Positions 39,389-49,366 of a stretch of 55,672 nucleotides of DNA are shown here, piece after piece. The notes beneath the pieces were generated by a model, which saw only the letters and a list, made by a program, of their open reading frames with translations, had not been told where the DNA came from and searched no databases. The stretch is taken from NCBI GenBank assembly GCA_039683575.1, contig JBDKRC010000237.1:1-55672 (forward strand). Reading direction: 5' to 3'. Both the position numbers and the translations under genes were made by a program. How positions within the stretch are numbered: the stretch's first letter is position 1; each line of letters opens with the position of its first letter. This DNA comes from Armatimonadia bacterium. GTDB lineage: Bacteria; Armatimonadota; Zipacnadia; Zipacnadales; UBA11051.

Positions 39389-40405
39389 CTAGGGCGCGAG
39401 TTGCACGTCAGTGGCCATGATGAGCCCGAGTCGGGCGTTCGCCGGTACGCCGTGGCTGCCGATGCTGATCGTGCTCAGGCGCCCCAGGTCCAGCATGCCG
39501 TTATCGTCCTTCTGGCCCCAACTCGCCAACTTGAAGTCCGAGAGTGGCAGGCTGATCTCGGTCCAGTCCGCGACCGACTGGGCTGGTAGTTCCACGTAGT
39601 AAGTCGCGCCACCGTGCTCGGTCAGTTGAATGAGTAGCCGCATCCCCTGCGGTATCTCGCCCCTGAACTTGAAGCGCAGGAACCTATAGCCCTCCGCGTC
39701 CTCGAGTGCTAGCGGGGTCGAAGGGATAGCATACATATGCTTGCCCGCCGGGACATTGAACTCATACTTGAGCGCCGGAGCGCCCCCCGGCCCCTCGGGC
39801 ACAACCTCAAGCTTCGTTTGGATTGCCGTGTCATGCCCATCGCCCCACTTCCCGCCATTTTCCGGCAGCAGGCTGATGGGCTTCGTCGGCACGGCGGCTT
39901 CATCCGTAAAGCGGGCGGAGGTCACTGTCGCCTTGCCCTCGGCCGGGCCATCGAAGATGAAGCCAACCCATACCCGATTCACGTTCGGCCACTCGAGCTG
40001 TCCCGAAGCATCGCTGCTGAAGGCGGTCTGCATGAGAGCAGCTACGGAGAGCCGTGCCTGGGCCTCAGCGCCGGTTGCGACAGGGTTGCTGGAGAGCTTG
40101 TACCAGCACCCGCCGTCCTTCTCATAGGCAAGCACTGCCAGCCGCGGCGCATTGCCCTTGCTGAGGTCAACCCGGTAGGCAACCTCAAGGGCCTTCGCCC
40201 CCGACGGATCAGAGGCAGGAGTGCCGACAAACGCCAGCAGACGGCGTTCCTCCGAAGACTTCACGAACGTCACCGCGGAGCCGGAGACAGTTGTCGTGAA
40301 GCCCGCACTGGTAGCCAGCCGGAGGTCTTTGACGGGTACGTTCACAGCGGCGACAGCGGGCACGGCCAAGGCGAGGATGAGAAGAGACAGAAGAACCAAG
40401 CGCAT
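39389..40405 (-). CDS. Secreted carbohydrate-binding-module-like protein
   Basis: GGAG RBS; signal peptide; WTEISLPLSDF..W...DNG.LDL pattern. Confidence 0.7.
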   Translation of the reverse strand: MRLVLLSLLILALAVPAVAAVNVPVKDLRLATSAGFTTTVSGSAVTFVKSSEERRLLAFVGTPASDPSGAKALEVAYRVDLSKGNAPRLAVLAYEKDGGCWYKLSSNPVATGAEAQARLSVAALMQTAFSSDASGQLEWPNVNRVWVGFIFDGPAEGKATVTSARFTDEAAVPTKPISLLPENGGKWGDGHDTAIQTKLEVVPEGPGGAPALKYEFNVPAGKHMYAIPSTPLALEDAEGYRFLRFKFRGEIPQGMRLLIQLTEHGGATYYVELPAQSVADWTEISLPLSDFKLASWGQKDDNGMLDLGRLSTISIGSHGVPANARLGLIMATDVQLAP

Positions 40406-40498
40406 GGTGTTGTCACTCCTTTGGTCATGGGCGATGCTATCGCGCCATCGCCGTCCAGCCACCTGACTTTCCATTCCCGCTTCCCCCGCGCATGTCCT

Positions 40499-42694
40499 TC
40501 AGGGCTTGTTGCTGATCACAAAGTCGTCAAACCAGAACTGCTGGTCCTTCTTCCCGTTGGCATTGGTGTAGAAGTAGAACGTGTGCAGCAGCTTGACCTC
40601 AGGCCAGACCTGCCGGATCGTGCGCACATCCACCGTAATCTCGTGCCACTGGTCGTCATCCACCAGCGTGTAGGTCTTCGTATCGAGGTTGTTCGTGGCG
40701 CGGCTGGCGGTGCCCCCGACATACATGGTCGGATAGGGCCGCTTCTCGGTCTGGAAGGCATCCAGACGCAGCCCCACCGGCGTTCCCGCCGGAATGCGGT
40801 ATGCGAACTTCACGAATGGGAAACGGTCAATGTCCCACCACGGCGGCTGGATGAGCGCGCTCAGTGTGGACTGGTCGGCGGTGGCAAATAGCCGCAGCGA
40901 ACGCTTCCCCGTTGCGGCGGTGGTGGCGTCAACCTGCGCCGCGGCGTTGCGCTGCCGGTGAGCGTACCACCAGTAGAACCACTGCTCGAGATTCTCCGCC
41001 TCAAAGCCACTCTTCACGAAGGGTTCTGTCGCAGTCTCCATCGTCTCGATCCGCAGGTCAGGCGTCGGCTTGGGCGCCAGATACCACGGCTGCTTCTCCG
41101 CGCTCGCCTCATACGCCCCGGCGTCCGGCGCCTTACCGACATACGGCAGGGTCACCGCGTCCCCCTTGTTCCACTTCAGGTTGCGGTCGAGCTCCAGCGT
41201 GTTCGCCTCGACGTCAGCCTTCACAACCCGCGCCTGCACCTTCGCCGCGCCGATGAACAGCAGGTCGCCAATCTCCCCCGGTATCCCGAACCCGTCATAG
41301 AACATGCGCGCATCGCTAACGGGCAGGACCTTCCCCTGTCCCGCCTCGCGGGCGGTGGCGAGTGGCGCCCCCGCCTCGACCCCGGCGCTGCCTTTGCCCA
41401 GCCGGTAGTCGTCCGCCTCCGCCTTCACAAACTGCGGCTCACCGTCAAGATTCCCTACGAACTGCTCCGGCAGTTGGCCGTTCGCCTCGCCCGGTGTGCG
41501 GATCTGGCTCTTGGGTCGCTCTGCGATCTCCTGCGGCCATGCATACTTGATCGTCGGCGTGTTCGGCTTGCCAGCATGGAACAGGTTATGTACGAAGCGG
41601 TTGTCAGCGGCGATGTTGCCGCCAAGCGTCAGTTGCACCCCGTCGGCGTCGGGGTCGTTCCCGGCGAACAGGTTGTTCTGCAGCACGTTCCCGCGCACCA
41701 TGTGCGGCTCGGGCTTGGCTGCGATGTCAAACATCTCAAAGCCCGACTCATAGTTGCGGTAGAAGGTGTTGTGGTACAGCCGGGAGTTGATCATCCCGAA
41801 CGGATCGAGCTTCTCATACTGGTAGGCATGGATCGTCAGCGGCTGGTACCAGTTGCGGTAGACCAGGTTGCGGCGGAAGATGCCCTCCCAGATGAACAGC
41901 TTCGCCCGCCCATCCGCCGAGCCGCTGCCGTGGTAGCCGTTGGTGATGACGCAGCCTTCGATCAGCGTATGCGGCGCGGTGAAGAACTCGAAGTTCCGGC
42001 CCCAGCGGCAGTTGAACACACACCGCCGCACGACGTTGTAGGTTGAATCAAACCAGACCAGGAACGGGTCGTGCCCCGCCTTCCCAAAGCGGCAGTCCTG
42101 CACCACATTATGGCTGGAGCCGTACAGCCCGAACATGTTGCCGCCAACCATGCCGTTGGCATCAAGCTGTATGGCGCGCGACACGTCGAGATTCTCAAAG
42201 CGGCAGTAGTGGCTGTTGACGACGTTGGCGGGCTGGTAGGCCCCGCCGCCGTTCTGCATCCGGCAGTTGCGCACGACGCAGTTGCGGCACTCTGCAATCT
42301 GCAGCCACATCTGCGGCGAGGGCGGAGCAAAGTCGAAGCCGTCGAGCACGATGTAGCTGCGCTCCTTCAACCGTGCGCAGGTGTTCATGCCGTCAGAGGA
42401 TTTCCCACCGCCGACCAGCCGCGCCGCGAGTGGCTTCTCGGACCGGTACGTGATGGGCTTACCCGACTCACCTGACACGGCCGGCTCCAGGCACCCCGTG
42501 TAGTCTCCCGCCAGCAGCGTCACAGTGTCCCCCGGCTGCACCACGGCATTGGCCTTAGCCAGCGTCTGCCACGGCGCCACGCGGCTACCCGCGGCTTCGT
42601 CCTTGCCGGTGGGGGAGAGGAAGTACTCCTTGCCCAGCGCCGGCAGGCATAGCACGATGAAAAGCACTACGATTTCAATACGCATGATACTCAC
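40499..42694 (-). CDS. Secreted right-handed parallel beta-helix protein
   Basis: Signal peptide; YFLSP.G.D...GS...PW.TL.KA...PGD; HNTF..N; PDAGAYE. Confidence 0.8.
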   Translation of the reverse strand: MSIMRIEIVVLFIVLCLPALGKEYFLSPTGKDEAAGSRVAPWQTLAKANAVVQPGDTVTLLAGDYTGCLEPAVSGESGKPITYRSEKPLAARLVGGGKSSDGMNTCARLKERSYIVLDGFDFAPPSPQMWLQIAECRNCVVRNCRMQNGGGAYQPANVVNSHYCRFENLDVSRAIQLDANGMVGGNMFGLYGSSHNVVQDCRFGKAGHDPFLVWFDSTYNVVRRCVFNCRWGRNFEFFTAPHTLIEGCVITNGYHGSGSADGRAKLFIWEGIFRRNLVYRNWYQPLTIHAYQYEKLDPFGMINSRLYHNTFYRNYESGFEMFDIAAKPEPHMVRGNVLQNNLFAGNDPDADGVQLTLGGNIAADNRFVHNLFHAGKPNTPTIKYAWPQEIAERPKSQIRTPGEANGQLPEQFVGNLDGEPQFVKAEADDYRLGKGSAGVEAGAPLATAREAGQGKVLPVSDARMFYDGFGIPGEIGDLLFIGAAKVQARVVKADVEANTLELDRNLKWNKGDAVTLPYVGKAPDAGAYEASAEKQPWYLAPKPTPDLRIETMETATEPFVKSGFEAENLEQWFYWWYAHRQRNAAAQVDATTAATGKRSLRLFATADQSTLSALIQPPWWDIDRFPFVKFAYRIPAGTPVGLRLDAFQTEKRPYPTMYVGGTASRATNNLDTKTYTLVDDDQWHEITVDVRTIRQVWPEVKLLHTFYFYTNANGKKDQQFWFDDFVISNKP

Positions 42695-43830
42695 TTGATC
42701 CCAAAGTAATCCCGGTACGCTGCCAGGTGCGCCAGGAACAGCTCCGTCTTCACGCTCTCATGGATGCAGTTGCCGGACATGATGATATGCCCGCCGTTGC
42801 CCCACCCGTCCTTGATACACTGCATGGTATGTGCCCGCACCTGTTCCACGGTTCCCGAGGTCAGCGTATGCCGGATGTCGATGTTGCCGATGAACGTCTT
42901 CTGCGGGTACTCCCGCTTCAGCCGCGCCAGGTCCATCCCGGCCGCGAAATCCATCTCCTCAAACCCGTCCACCTCGGCCGTTACGAGGAAATCCTCAATC
43001 ACCGGCCACAAGTCGCCGTCGGAGGCATTACTGGTGTACACCCCCAGCCGGTGGCATTCCCGCGACTGCTCCCTGATATTCCCGGCAATGAACTCGCGGT
43101 AGTCGGCCGGGCTGCACATCGGACCATGATCCGACGCAAGATCCCCACCCAGTCCGATCACATCCGCCCCCTCCGTCACATACTGCCGCGCCCGCGCGAT
43201 CCCCGCCGCACACCCCCGCCGGTAGTGCTCCGCAATCAGGTCGCGGTCGGTGACAAACCACTCCAGCATGTGCCGCGGCAGCGTCGCCACTCCGACGGTA
43301 TATGCCGAGCAGAAGACCGGCAGGTCCATGCCCTTCTCGGCCATGATCCGCTTGGCCTCGCGCAGCATCAGGAAGTTGCTCTCCGCCAGCGGCACCGGCT
43401 CCGGCGCCGGTTCCGACAGCGCCCGCCGCATCGCCGCTTCCTGCGCGGCCGGGCTCACCCGCGGCGCCCCCTCCTGCCAGGAGCGGATCCACCCGCTCGC
43501 CATGCGCTGCTGAAAGTAGCTCCCCGTGCGCCACGTCGTCTCATCCACCCGCACCGGCCGCTCCCCCGGCGGCCCCCCGCATGGGTCGAGGCGGATCATG
43601 TCGAACCCCAGCACCTCCGCCAACTCAACCTCATCCGCCGCCGCCTGCTTGATCAGTCCCTCCCAGTCCCCCTCCGCCAGCCGCGTCATGCGGTAATCGA
43701 AGTTGCTCGACGCGCAAGGCCGCCCCAGCAGCTCATCCGCCGCGGGGGACTTGATGAGCTTCTCCCAAATCGGCGTCCGATCCGGCTCGCGATGCTCAAA
43801 AGCCGCAACGATACGTTCGCGTGAAGTCAT
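42691..43830 (-). CDS. Uroporphyrinogen decarboxylase (URO-D/CIMS-like) family protein
   Basis: MTSRER...AF.HREPDR.P, DLAS..GP..SP, SDG, GNID. Confidence 0.82.
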   Translation of the reverse strand: MTSRERIVAAFEHREPDRTPIWEKLIKSPAADELLGRPCASSNFDYRMTRLAEGDWEGLIKQAAADEVELAEVLGFDMIRLDPCGGPPGERPVRVDETTWRTGSYFQQRMASGWIRSWQEGAPRVSPAAQEAAMRRALSEPAPEPVPLAESNFLMLREAKRIMAEKGMDLPVFCSAYTVGVATLPRHMLEWFVTDRDLIAEHYRRGCAAGIARARQYVTEGADVIGLGGDLASDHGPMCSPADYREFIAGNIREQSRECHRLGVYTSNASDGDLWPVIEDFLVTAEVDGFEEMDFAAGMDLARLKREYPQKTFIGNIDIRHTLTSGTVEQVRAHTMQCIKDGWGNGGHIIMSGNCIHESVKTELFLAHLAAYRDYFGIK

Positions 43831-43845
43831 GCCAGCAGCCTCAGA

Positions 43846-43876
43846 CGCGTGGTAGGCACGCTCCGCATGCCGGAAC
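43846..43876 (+). repeat. GTGGYAGGCAYGC-family REP
   Basis: CGCGTGGTAGGCACGCTCCGCATGCCGGAAC; 29/31 identical to 49276-49306. Confidence 0.8.
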
Positions 43877-43979
43877 CTGCTTCAGTGAAGCAGCTCCCTC
43901 AGGACCTTCGCTCTTCACCCGAACAAACCTCCACCGTCCCAGGTAGGTCATCCCCCTTCCGATGCGGAAACGTGCCACC

Positions 43980-44063
43980 ATGAGCAGTCTCGGCCTCGCC
44001 ATCATCGGCGCCGGCAAGCCCAACATTGCCACCCAGCAACACCTCACGGAGGCTCACCCATGA
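43980..44063 (+). pseudogene. Orphan N-terminus of a Gfo/Idh/MocA gene
   Basis: MSSLGLAIIGAGKPNIATQQHLTEAHP*; Rossmann start only; stop overlaps the next ATG. Confidence 0.6.
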
Positions 44064-45049
44064 AACTAGCCGTCATCGGCCTCGGCATCGGCAAAGTCCA
44101 CGCCCAGGTCATCCACGACGCCCCCGACTTCGAACTCGCCGCCGTCTGCGACCTCGACGAGGCCAGGGTCAGCGAATGCGCCAGCCGACTTGGCACCCGC
44201 GCGTACACCGATTGGCAGCAGATGGTCAACGAGACCCGCCCCGATGGCGTCTGCCTCTGCACGAACCCCAAGTCCCACCTGCCCCTCGGCAGTGCCCTGG
44301 CCGGGTGCGGCGTGAACGTTCTCTGCGAAAAGCCCATGGCCCCGAACGTCGAGCAATGCCTCGCTCTCGCCGAGGCCTGCGAGCGGGCCGGCGTCACCCT
44401 CATGATCGCCCAGAAGAAGCGCTTCGCCCCCGCCATCGCCTTCCTCAAGGAGCACCTCAACGCTGACTTTGGCAAGCCCCTCTCGCTCAACTACCGTTAC
44501 CACCCCGGTCAGGTGCCGATGAACTGGTTCTGGCAGGAGGACGACGGTGGCGGCCCGATCCTTGAGAACGCCGTCCACGTCTTCGACACCCTCCGGTATC
44601 TCATCGGCGACGTAAAGACAGTCCGGGGGATCGGCGGCAATATCCTCAACCGCGACCGCGCCGGACAAGTTGACCTCGCCCTCGGCCTGCTGGAGTTCGA
44701 GAACGGTTGCGTCGGCGCCGTCGAGCTTGGGACTGCCTCAGAGTGGGCCATGGCGGACGAGGAGTTCTATCTGGCCTGCGAGCACACGGTCGTGCGCTCC
44801 CGTGGCGGTTTCGACCGCCCCAGCGAGATCCTCTACCTCAACCGCGCCGAGGCCAAGCCGCAGACCTTCTGTGTTGACTACGAGGGGGCAAAGGGGTCTC
44901 AGGACTTCGAAGCGGAGATACGTCACTTCGTGGAGTGCATTGAGAAGAAGCAGCAGCCGCTCATCACCGGTCGCGACGCCGCAAAGTCAATCGCGGTCTG
45001 CCAGGCCATGAAGCGCGCCGTGCGCGAGGGTACCACCATCGAACTCTAG
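44060..45049 (+). CDS. Gfo/Idh/MocA family oxidoreductase
   Basis: AVIGLG.G, LCEKP, GGG.ILENAVH.FD. Confidence 0.9.
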   Translation: MKLAVIGLGIGKVHAQVIHDAPDFELAAVCDLDEARVSECASRLGTRAYTDWQQMVNETRPDGVCLCTNPKSHLPLGSALAGCGVNVLCEKPMAPNVEQCLALAEACERAGVTLMIAQKKRFAPAIAFLKEHLNADFGKPLSLNYRYHPGQVPMNWFWQEDDGGGPILENAVHVFDTLRYLIGDVKTVRGIGGNILNRDRAGQVDLALGLLEFENGCVGAVELGTASEWAMADEEFYLACEHTVVRSRGGFDRPSEILYLNRAEAKPQTFCVDYEGAKGSQDFEAEIRHFVECIEKKQQPLITGRDAAKSIAVCQAMKRAVREGTTIEL

Positions 45050-45081
45050 CCGCTCCAGGGCTGCACGAAGCCGCATTGCAG

Positions 45082-45166
45082 AAAACGGGGACGGAGCCTT
45101 TGCGCGCTAACAGCTCTCGCCGTATCAACCAACTAATCGCCGCGCAAAGGCTCCGTCCCCATTTTG
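45082..45166. repeat. Stand-alone RAYT-type inverted-repeat doublet (REPIN-like)
   Basis: GGGGACGGAGCCTTTGCGCG-34 nt-CGCGCAAAGGCTCCGTCCCC; arms identical to those flanking the RAYT gene. Confidence 0.9.
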
Positions 45167-45189
45167 ACCAATCAGGTCCGCGTCTCAGC

Positions 45190-45615
45190 CTACCCCTTCA
45201 CCACCGTAAACGTCGTCTCGATCTTAGCCACCTTCCCCAGCATCGCGTACGCGGAGCAGTACTTTTCCTCCGACATCTCAATCGCCTGCGCCAGCTTCTC
45301 CTCCGAGACCTTCCCCTCCACAATATGCTCAATTCGGATATGCGTGAAGACCTTCGGGAAGTCCTCGGCCCGCTCTCCGCTGATCCTGATCTGATAGCCG
45401 GTCATCTCCTGCCGCATCTTCTTGAGCAGGTGCACCACGTCCATCCCCATACAAGTGGCATTGCCGACCAGCAGCATCTCCATCGGCCTCGGCCCCGCAT
45501 CCTCCCCGCCATCCTCAACCGAGACATCGAGCACCAACTCATGCCCCGTCCCGGTCTGCACCTGGAACTTCAGGCCCTGCTGCCACTGCGCCTCTGCCGT
45601 CATTATCTCAGGCAT
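45190..45615 (-). CDS. OsmC/YhfA family protein
   Basis: GPRPME, C.G.D, PKVFT.I, S.EKYCS. Confidence 0.9.
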   Translation of the reverse strand: MPEIMTAEAQWQQGLKFQVQTGTGHELVLDVSVEDGGEDAGPRPMEMLLVGNATCMGMDVVHLLKKMRQEMTGYQIRISGERAEDFPKVFTHIRIEHIVEGKVSEEKLAQAIEMSEEKYCSAYAMLGKVAKIETTFTVVKG

Positions 45616-45740
45616 TCCATAACTCCATTACCGTTTTGCTTTTGCTTCGCCCATGCCTGCGAGATTTCCTGCCCTCCGCACAATCAGAAGGACCTTTCCC
45701 GCCCAGGCGGAATCTACACTAACTGACGGGAGGGTTCCTG

Positions 45741-48302
45741 ATGAAGCTTCTGCCGGCCCTGGCCGTGCTCTTTGCCGCCTCCGTGCTCTATGCCCAGCCC
45801 CAGACCTTCCAGCAGTCCTGGCAGGAGGGCAACCGCCTGCACTCCCGCGGCCAGTATGACGAGGCCCTCGCTGCCTACGAAGCCGCCTTACGCTCAGCCC
45901 AGACCGACCAGCAGCGCGCCCAGGCCCTCTTCTCCGCCGCCAAAGTCCAGCTTGCCCGTAAGGCCCCCGCGCAGGCCCTCGAATGCTACCGCCAGGCCTA
46001 CGCGCTCAAGGACCTCAGCCCCAACTACCGCCAGATGCTCTTGCGCCAGATGGCCTCGCTACAGCGCCAGATGGACGACCCCGACGCCGCGCGCCAGACC
46101 TACGAGCAACTCCTCGCGCAACTCACCGACCTTGACGACCGCCTGCCCGTGCTGTTTGCTCTCGTCGACCTCGAAACCCATGAAGGCCTTACCGACCAGG
46201 CCCTCGACCGCCTCCGCAAGGCCCTGCCAGAAGCCAAAAACAGCCCCCTGCTGCCGGAACTCTACCAGCGCCTCGTCCGCCTGCAGGCCCAGACCGGGGA
46301 CCTCAAAGCCGCCGACGCCACGGCCCGCGAGGCGTGGAAGCGCTTTCCCGAGCGCCTCGACGTCATCTGGACCCTCGTGCGCGCCTACGAGGAGGCCCAG
46401 CAGTACAACGAGGCCGCCAACCTCCTCCAGGAAATCATCCTCCGTCAGCCCCAGTCGCCCGAGGTCTTCCAGCAACTCTATGACCTACGCCGCCAGCAAG
46501 AGAAGCTGCCAGATCTCGTCAAATGGCTCAATACTCAGGCTCGTACCTACAACCTCGAAACCATCTGGCTCGATTACCTCGCCCAGCTTTGGGAGTGGGA
46601 GAACGACGCAGAGGCCGCCCTGCGGGTCCGCGAGCAGATTGTCCAGCGCCGACCCACCAACCCCCAGGTCCTCACCGCCGCCGGCCACGCTGCCCTCCGC
46701 GCCAAGAGCTACGACCTCGCCGCCAAGTGGTTCGAGCAAGCCCTCGGCATCACTCCCGAGGACGAGTCCCTCGTCGAGGCCCTCGGCGAAGTCCAACTCG
46801 CCCGCGGCAACCGCGATCTCGCCCTCGCCACCTGGAAGCAGGGCCTCAAGTACCGCCCCGCCGACCCGCAGTCAACCCAGCGCCTTGCCCGCCTGCTCAT
46901 GGCTCACGAGCTATATGACGAAGCTGCCAAGCTCTACCAGGAAGGCCGCACCGCAACTGCCACGCCGACCCTCTTCGCCGCCGATCTCAGCCTGATCTAC
47001 GAGCGCCTCGGCGACATCCCCGCCGCCGTCCGCGAGTACCTGACGGCGCTCACTCCCCAGAACGGGCGCGCTGCGCGTCCCGAGCGGCTCTATGACCTCG
47101 CCGAGAAGGACGAGGCCCGCGCCGCCGTGATCGCCACCCTCAGCGCGGTCTCACCGGACAAGCTCCCCTTCGACGCTCTCGCCGTCCTCGTCTACGCCCG
47201 CGCGTTGGATGGCACAGACCTCGACGAGGCCCTGAGGCCTCTGCTAACGGCCCCACAGTCGGCTGACCGCACTCCCAACCTCAACAGCCTCCTCATGCGC
47301 CTCGCCGCCCGCTTCGAGCAAAACGAGCGCCCGCGGCCCGCCATGCAGTGCTACCGCCGCCTGCTGACCGGCCAGCCCACCAGCGACTACACCGCAGGCA
47401 TCGCCCTCCGCCTCGCCGAGCTCCTCAACCAGACCGGTGAGTGGCAGGAGTCCCTGAAGACCCTCCAGGCCCTCGATCTCAAGCTCCTCTCCCCGCCGCT
47501 GGTTTCCACGGTGGCGTTCGAGATCGGTGACCTCCTCCTCCGCCGCGCCCACCGCCCCACCGACGCCATCGGTGCCTTCGAGTTGGCCCTGCAGAAGAGC
47601 GACACTGGTCGCACCGCCCTCCGCGCCCGCTGGGGGCAGGCCGACGGCCTTTTCGCCCTCGGCAAATATGAAGACGCCCTCGCCTCATACGAGCAGCTAC
47701 TCACCCACGAGGTGCCCGACGAGCCCGACTACGTCCCCGGCGCCATGCCCCGCCACCTCGCGCCTTTGCCTGCCGAGGACTACGCCGCCTACCAGCAGGC
47801 CGAAGCCCTGTTCCGTCAGGCCAGGCCCGAGGCCGAGGCCGACTTCCGTCGCCTCGCCGCCGAGCATCCCGCGAGCCCGCACGCCAACGACGCCCTCGAG
47901 CGCGTCCTGTTGCTGCAGAAGATGAAGACCGACGCCCCCGCCGCCGCCGCCATCCGCGAGGCCATCATCGCCAGTGATCGCGGCGACTCCGCTAAAGCCG
48001 AGCAGCTCCTCACCAGCCTGACCTCCCCCGCCCTGGGCGACGAAGCCCTCCTCCTGCTCGCCCGCCTCCAACTCGAGCAGGGCAATCGTCCCACCGCCAT
48101 CGCCACCCTCGACCGCCTCGCCGCCACATTCCCCAAGAGCACCCTCGCCCCCCAGGCCCTCTACCTCGCCGCCATGACTAACTCCCTCGACAACCGCCCT
48201 GAAACCCTCCGACGCCTCCAAGCCCTGATCGCCACCTACCCCGACGCCCCTGTAGCCGAAGAAGCCCAAATAGCCCTCCGAGCCTGGTCCTCCCCACAAT
48301 AG
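45741..48302 (+). CDS. Secreted tetratricopeptide-repeat protein
   Basis: Signal peptide; repeated TPR-like helices. Confidence 0.85.
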   Translation: MKLLPALAVLFAASVLYAQPQTFQQSWQEGNRLHSRGQYDEALAAYEAALRSAQTDQQRAQALFSAAKVQLARKAPAQALECYRQAYALKDLSPNYRQMLLRQMASLQRQMDDPDAARQTYEQLLAQLTDLDDRLPVLFALVDLETHEGLTDQALDRLRKALPEAKNSPLLPELYQRLVRLQAQTGDLKAADATAREAWKRFPERLDVIWTLVRAYEEAQQYNEAANLLQEIILRQPQSPEVFQQLYDLRRQQEKLPDLVKWLNTQARTYNLETIWLDYLAQLWEWENDAEAALRVREQIVQRRPTNPQVLTAAGHAALRAKSYDLAAKWFEQALGITPEDESLVEALGEVQLARGNRDLALATWKQGLKYRPADPQSTQRLARLLMAHELYDEAAKLYQEGRTATATPTLFAADLSLIYERLGDIPAAVREYLTALTPQNGRAARPERLYDLAEKDEARAAVIATLSAVSPDKLPFDALAVLVYARALDGTDLDEALRPLLTAPQSADRTPNLNSLLMRLAARFEQNERPRPAMQCYRRLLTGQPTSDYTAGIALRLAELLNQTGEWQESLKTLQALDLKLLSPPLVSTVAFEIGDLLLRRAHRPTDAIGAFELALQKSDTGRTALRARWGQADGLFALGKYEDALASYEQLLTHEVPDEPDYVPGAMPRHLAPLPAEDYAAYQQAEALFRQARPEAEADFRRLAAEHPASPHANDALERVLLLQKMKTDAPAAAAIREAIIASDRGDSAKAEQLLTSLTSPALGDEALLLLARLQLEQGNRPTAIATLDRLAATFPKSTLAPQALYLAAMTNSLDNRPETLRRLQALIATYPDAPVAEEAQIALRAWSSPQ

Positions 48303-48335
48303 AAAAACGGATCCCAACCCAAGTCGGGATCCGTC
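48303..48335. terminator. Intrinsic terminator
   Basis: AAAA-ACGGATCCC...GGGATCCGT between convergent genes. Confidence 0.65.
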
Positions 48336-48364
48336 CTTCTGAAACGATCAACGTCCCCCTCCAA

Positions 48365-48431
48365 CTGTTTTCCGTTTTCCGTTTTCTGTTTTCGCCGTTG
48401 CCTCTACCATCAACGATCAGCGATCAACGCC
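48365..48431 (-). repeat. Complete heptamer element
   Basis: Minus strand GGC-GTTGATC-GCTGATC-GTTGATG-GTAGAGG-CAACGGC-GAAAACA-GAAAACG-GAAAACG-GAAAACA-G. Confidence 0.85.
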
Positions 48432-48439
48432 GTCTCTCT

Positions 48440-49201
48440 CTACTTCCTCAGCGGACTCTTCTTGAAGCACAGGAACCAGTCCACGCACCTGTACCCCTGC
48501 TGGGTCGCCGTGGACACCCGCTCCGCTGCCGTCCCGCACGAACCCGGCGGCGGTACGATTACCTCATCCTCCGGCGTCCAATTCGCGGGCGTGGCGATCT
48601 TGTACTGGTCCGAAGTCTGCATGGCGATCAGCAGCCGCTTGAACTCGTCTATGTTGCGCCCATTGGACATCGGGTAATAGACCAACGCTCGGATGGTTGC
48701 CTGCGGGTCAATGAAGAACACGGCGCGCACCGCCTGCGTATTGCTCGCCGACGGCTGGATCATGCCATATTTGCGTGCCACGTCCATCCGCACATCTTCG
48801 ATCAGCGGGAACGTCACCGAGACGTTCTTCATGCCCTTGTACTCTGCTTTCTCGGCAATCGTCCGAAGCCATGCGATATGCGAATACAGGCCGTCAACCG
48901 ACAGCCCGATCAGTTCGCAGTTGAGCGCCTTGAACTCCGGCTGCATCGTCGCGAACGTCATGAACTCCGTCGTGCACACCGGCGTGAAATCGGCCGGGTG
49001 TGAGAACAATATGACCCACTTGCCCTTGTAGTCATCGGGGAACGTAATGTCGCCCTGCGTTGTCTTTGCAGTAAACGCCGGGGCCTTCTCGCCGATCAGC
49101 GGCATCCGCACTTGCTCGGTCTGCGCCATGACAGCCTGCGCGCAAACTGTCAGTGCGACCACGGCAACCATCATTACAACCGCCATCTTGCCCTTGCGCA
49201 T
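48440..49201 (-). CDS. Prx6-type peroxiredoxin with a signal-peptide-like extension
   Basis: SHPADFTPVCTTE, VRAVF.IDP, GRN, TPANW; C-terminal cysteines. Confidence 0.92.
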   Translation of the reverse strand: MRKGKMAVVMMVAVVALTVCAQAVMAQTEQVRMPLIGEKAPAFTAKTTQGDITFPDDYKGKWVILFSHPADFTPVCTTEFMTFATMQPEFKALNCELIGLSVDGLYSHIAWLRTIAEKAEYKGMKNVSVTFPLIEDVRMDVARKYGMIQPSASNTQAVRAVFFIDPQATIRALVYYPMSNGRNIDEFKRLLIAMQTSDQYKIATPANWTPEDEVIVPPPGSCGTAAERVSTATQQGYRCVDWFLCFKKSPLRK

Positions 49202-49275
49202 GTGGTTCTCTCCATATCTCAGAATTTGCAGCCTAGTGATAGACTTCGTCTTCGTGTTGCGATGTTCACTCCACT

Positions 49276-49306
49276 CGCGTGGCAGGCATGCTCCGCATGC
49301 CGGAAC
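49276..49306 (+). repeat. GTGGYAGGCAYGC-family REP
   Basis: Paralog of 43846-43876. Confidence 0.8.
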
Positions 49307-49366
49307 TCGTTACGTGATCTCGGTAGGCTAGCACACCGGGGCCTCTGCACCATCCGCGAAGTCCAC

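Noticed and set aside
49219..49330. Fur/PerR C-terminal remnant (ACGAC) upstream of the peroxiredoxin
   Set aside because: The Cys pattern is the translation of a REP copy also found at 43846-43876.
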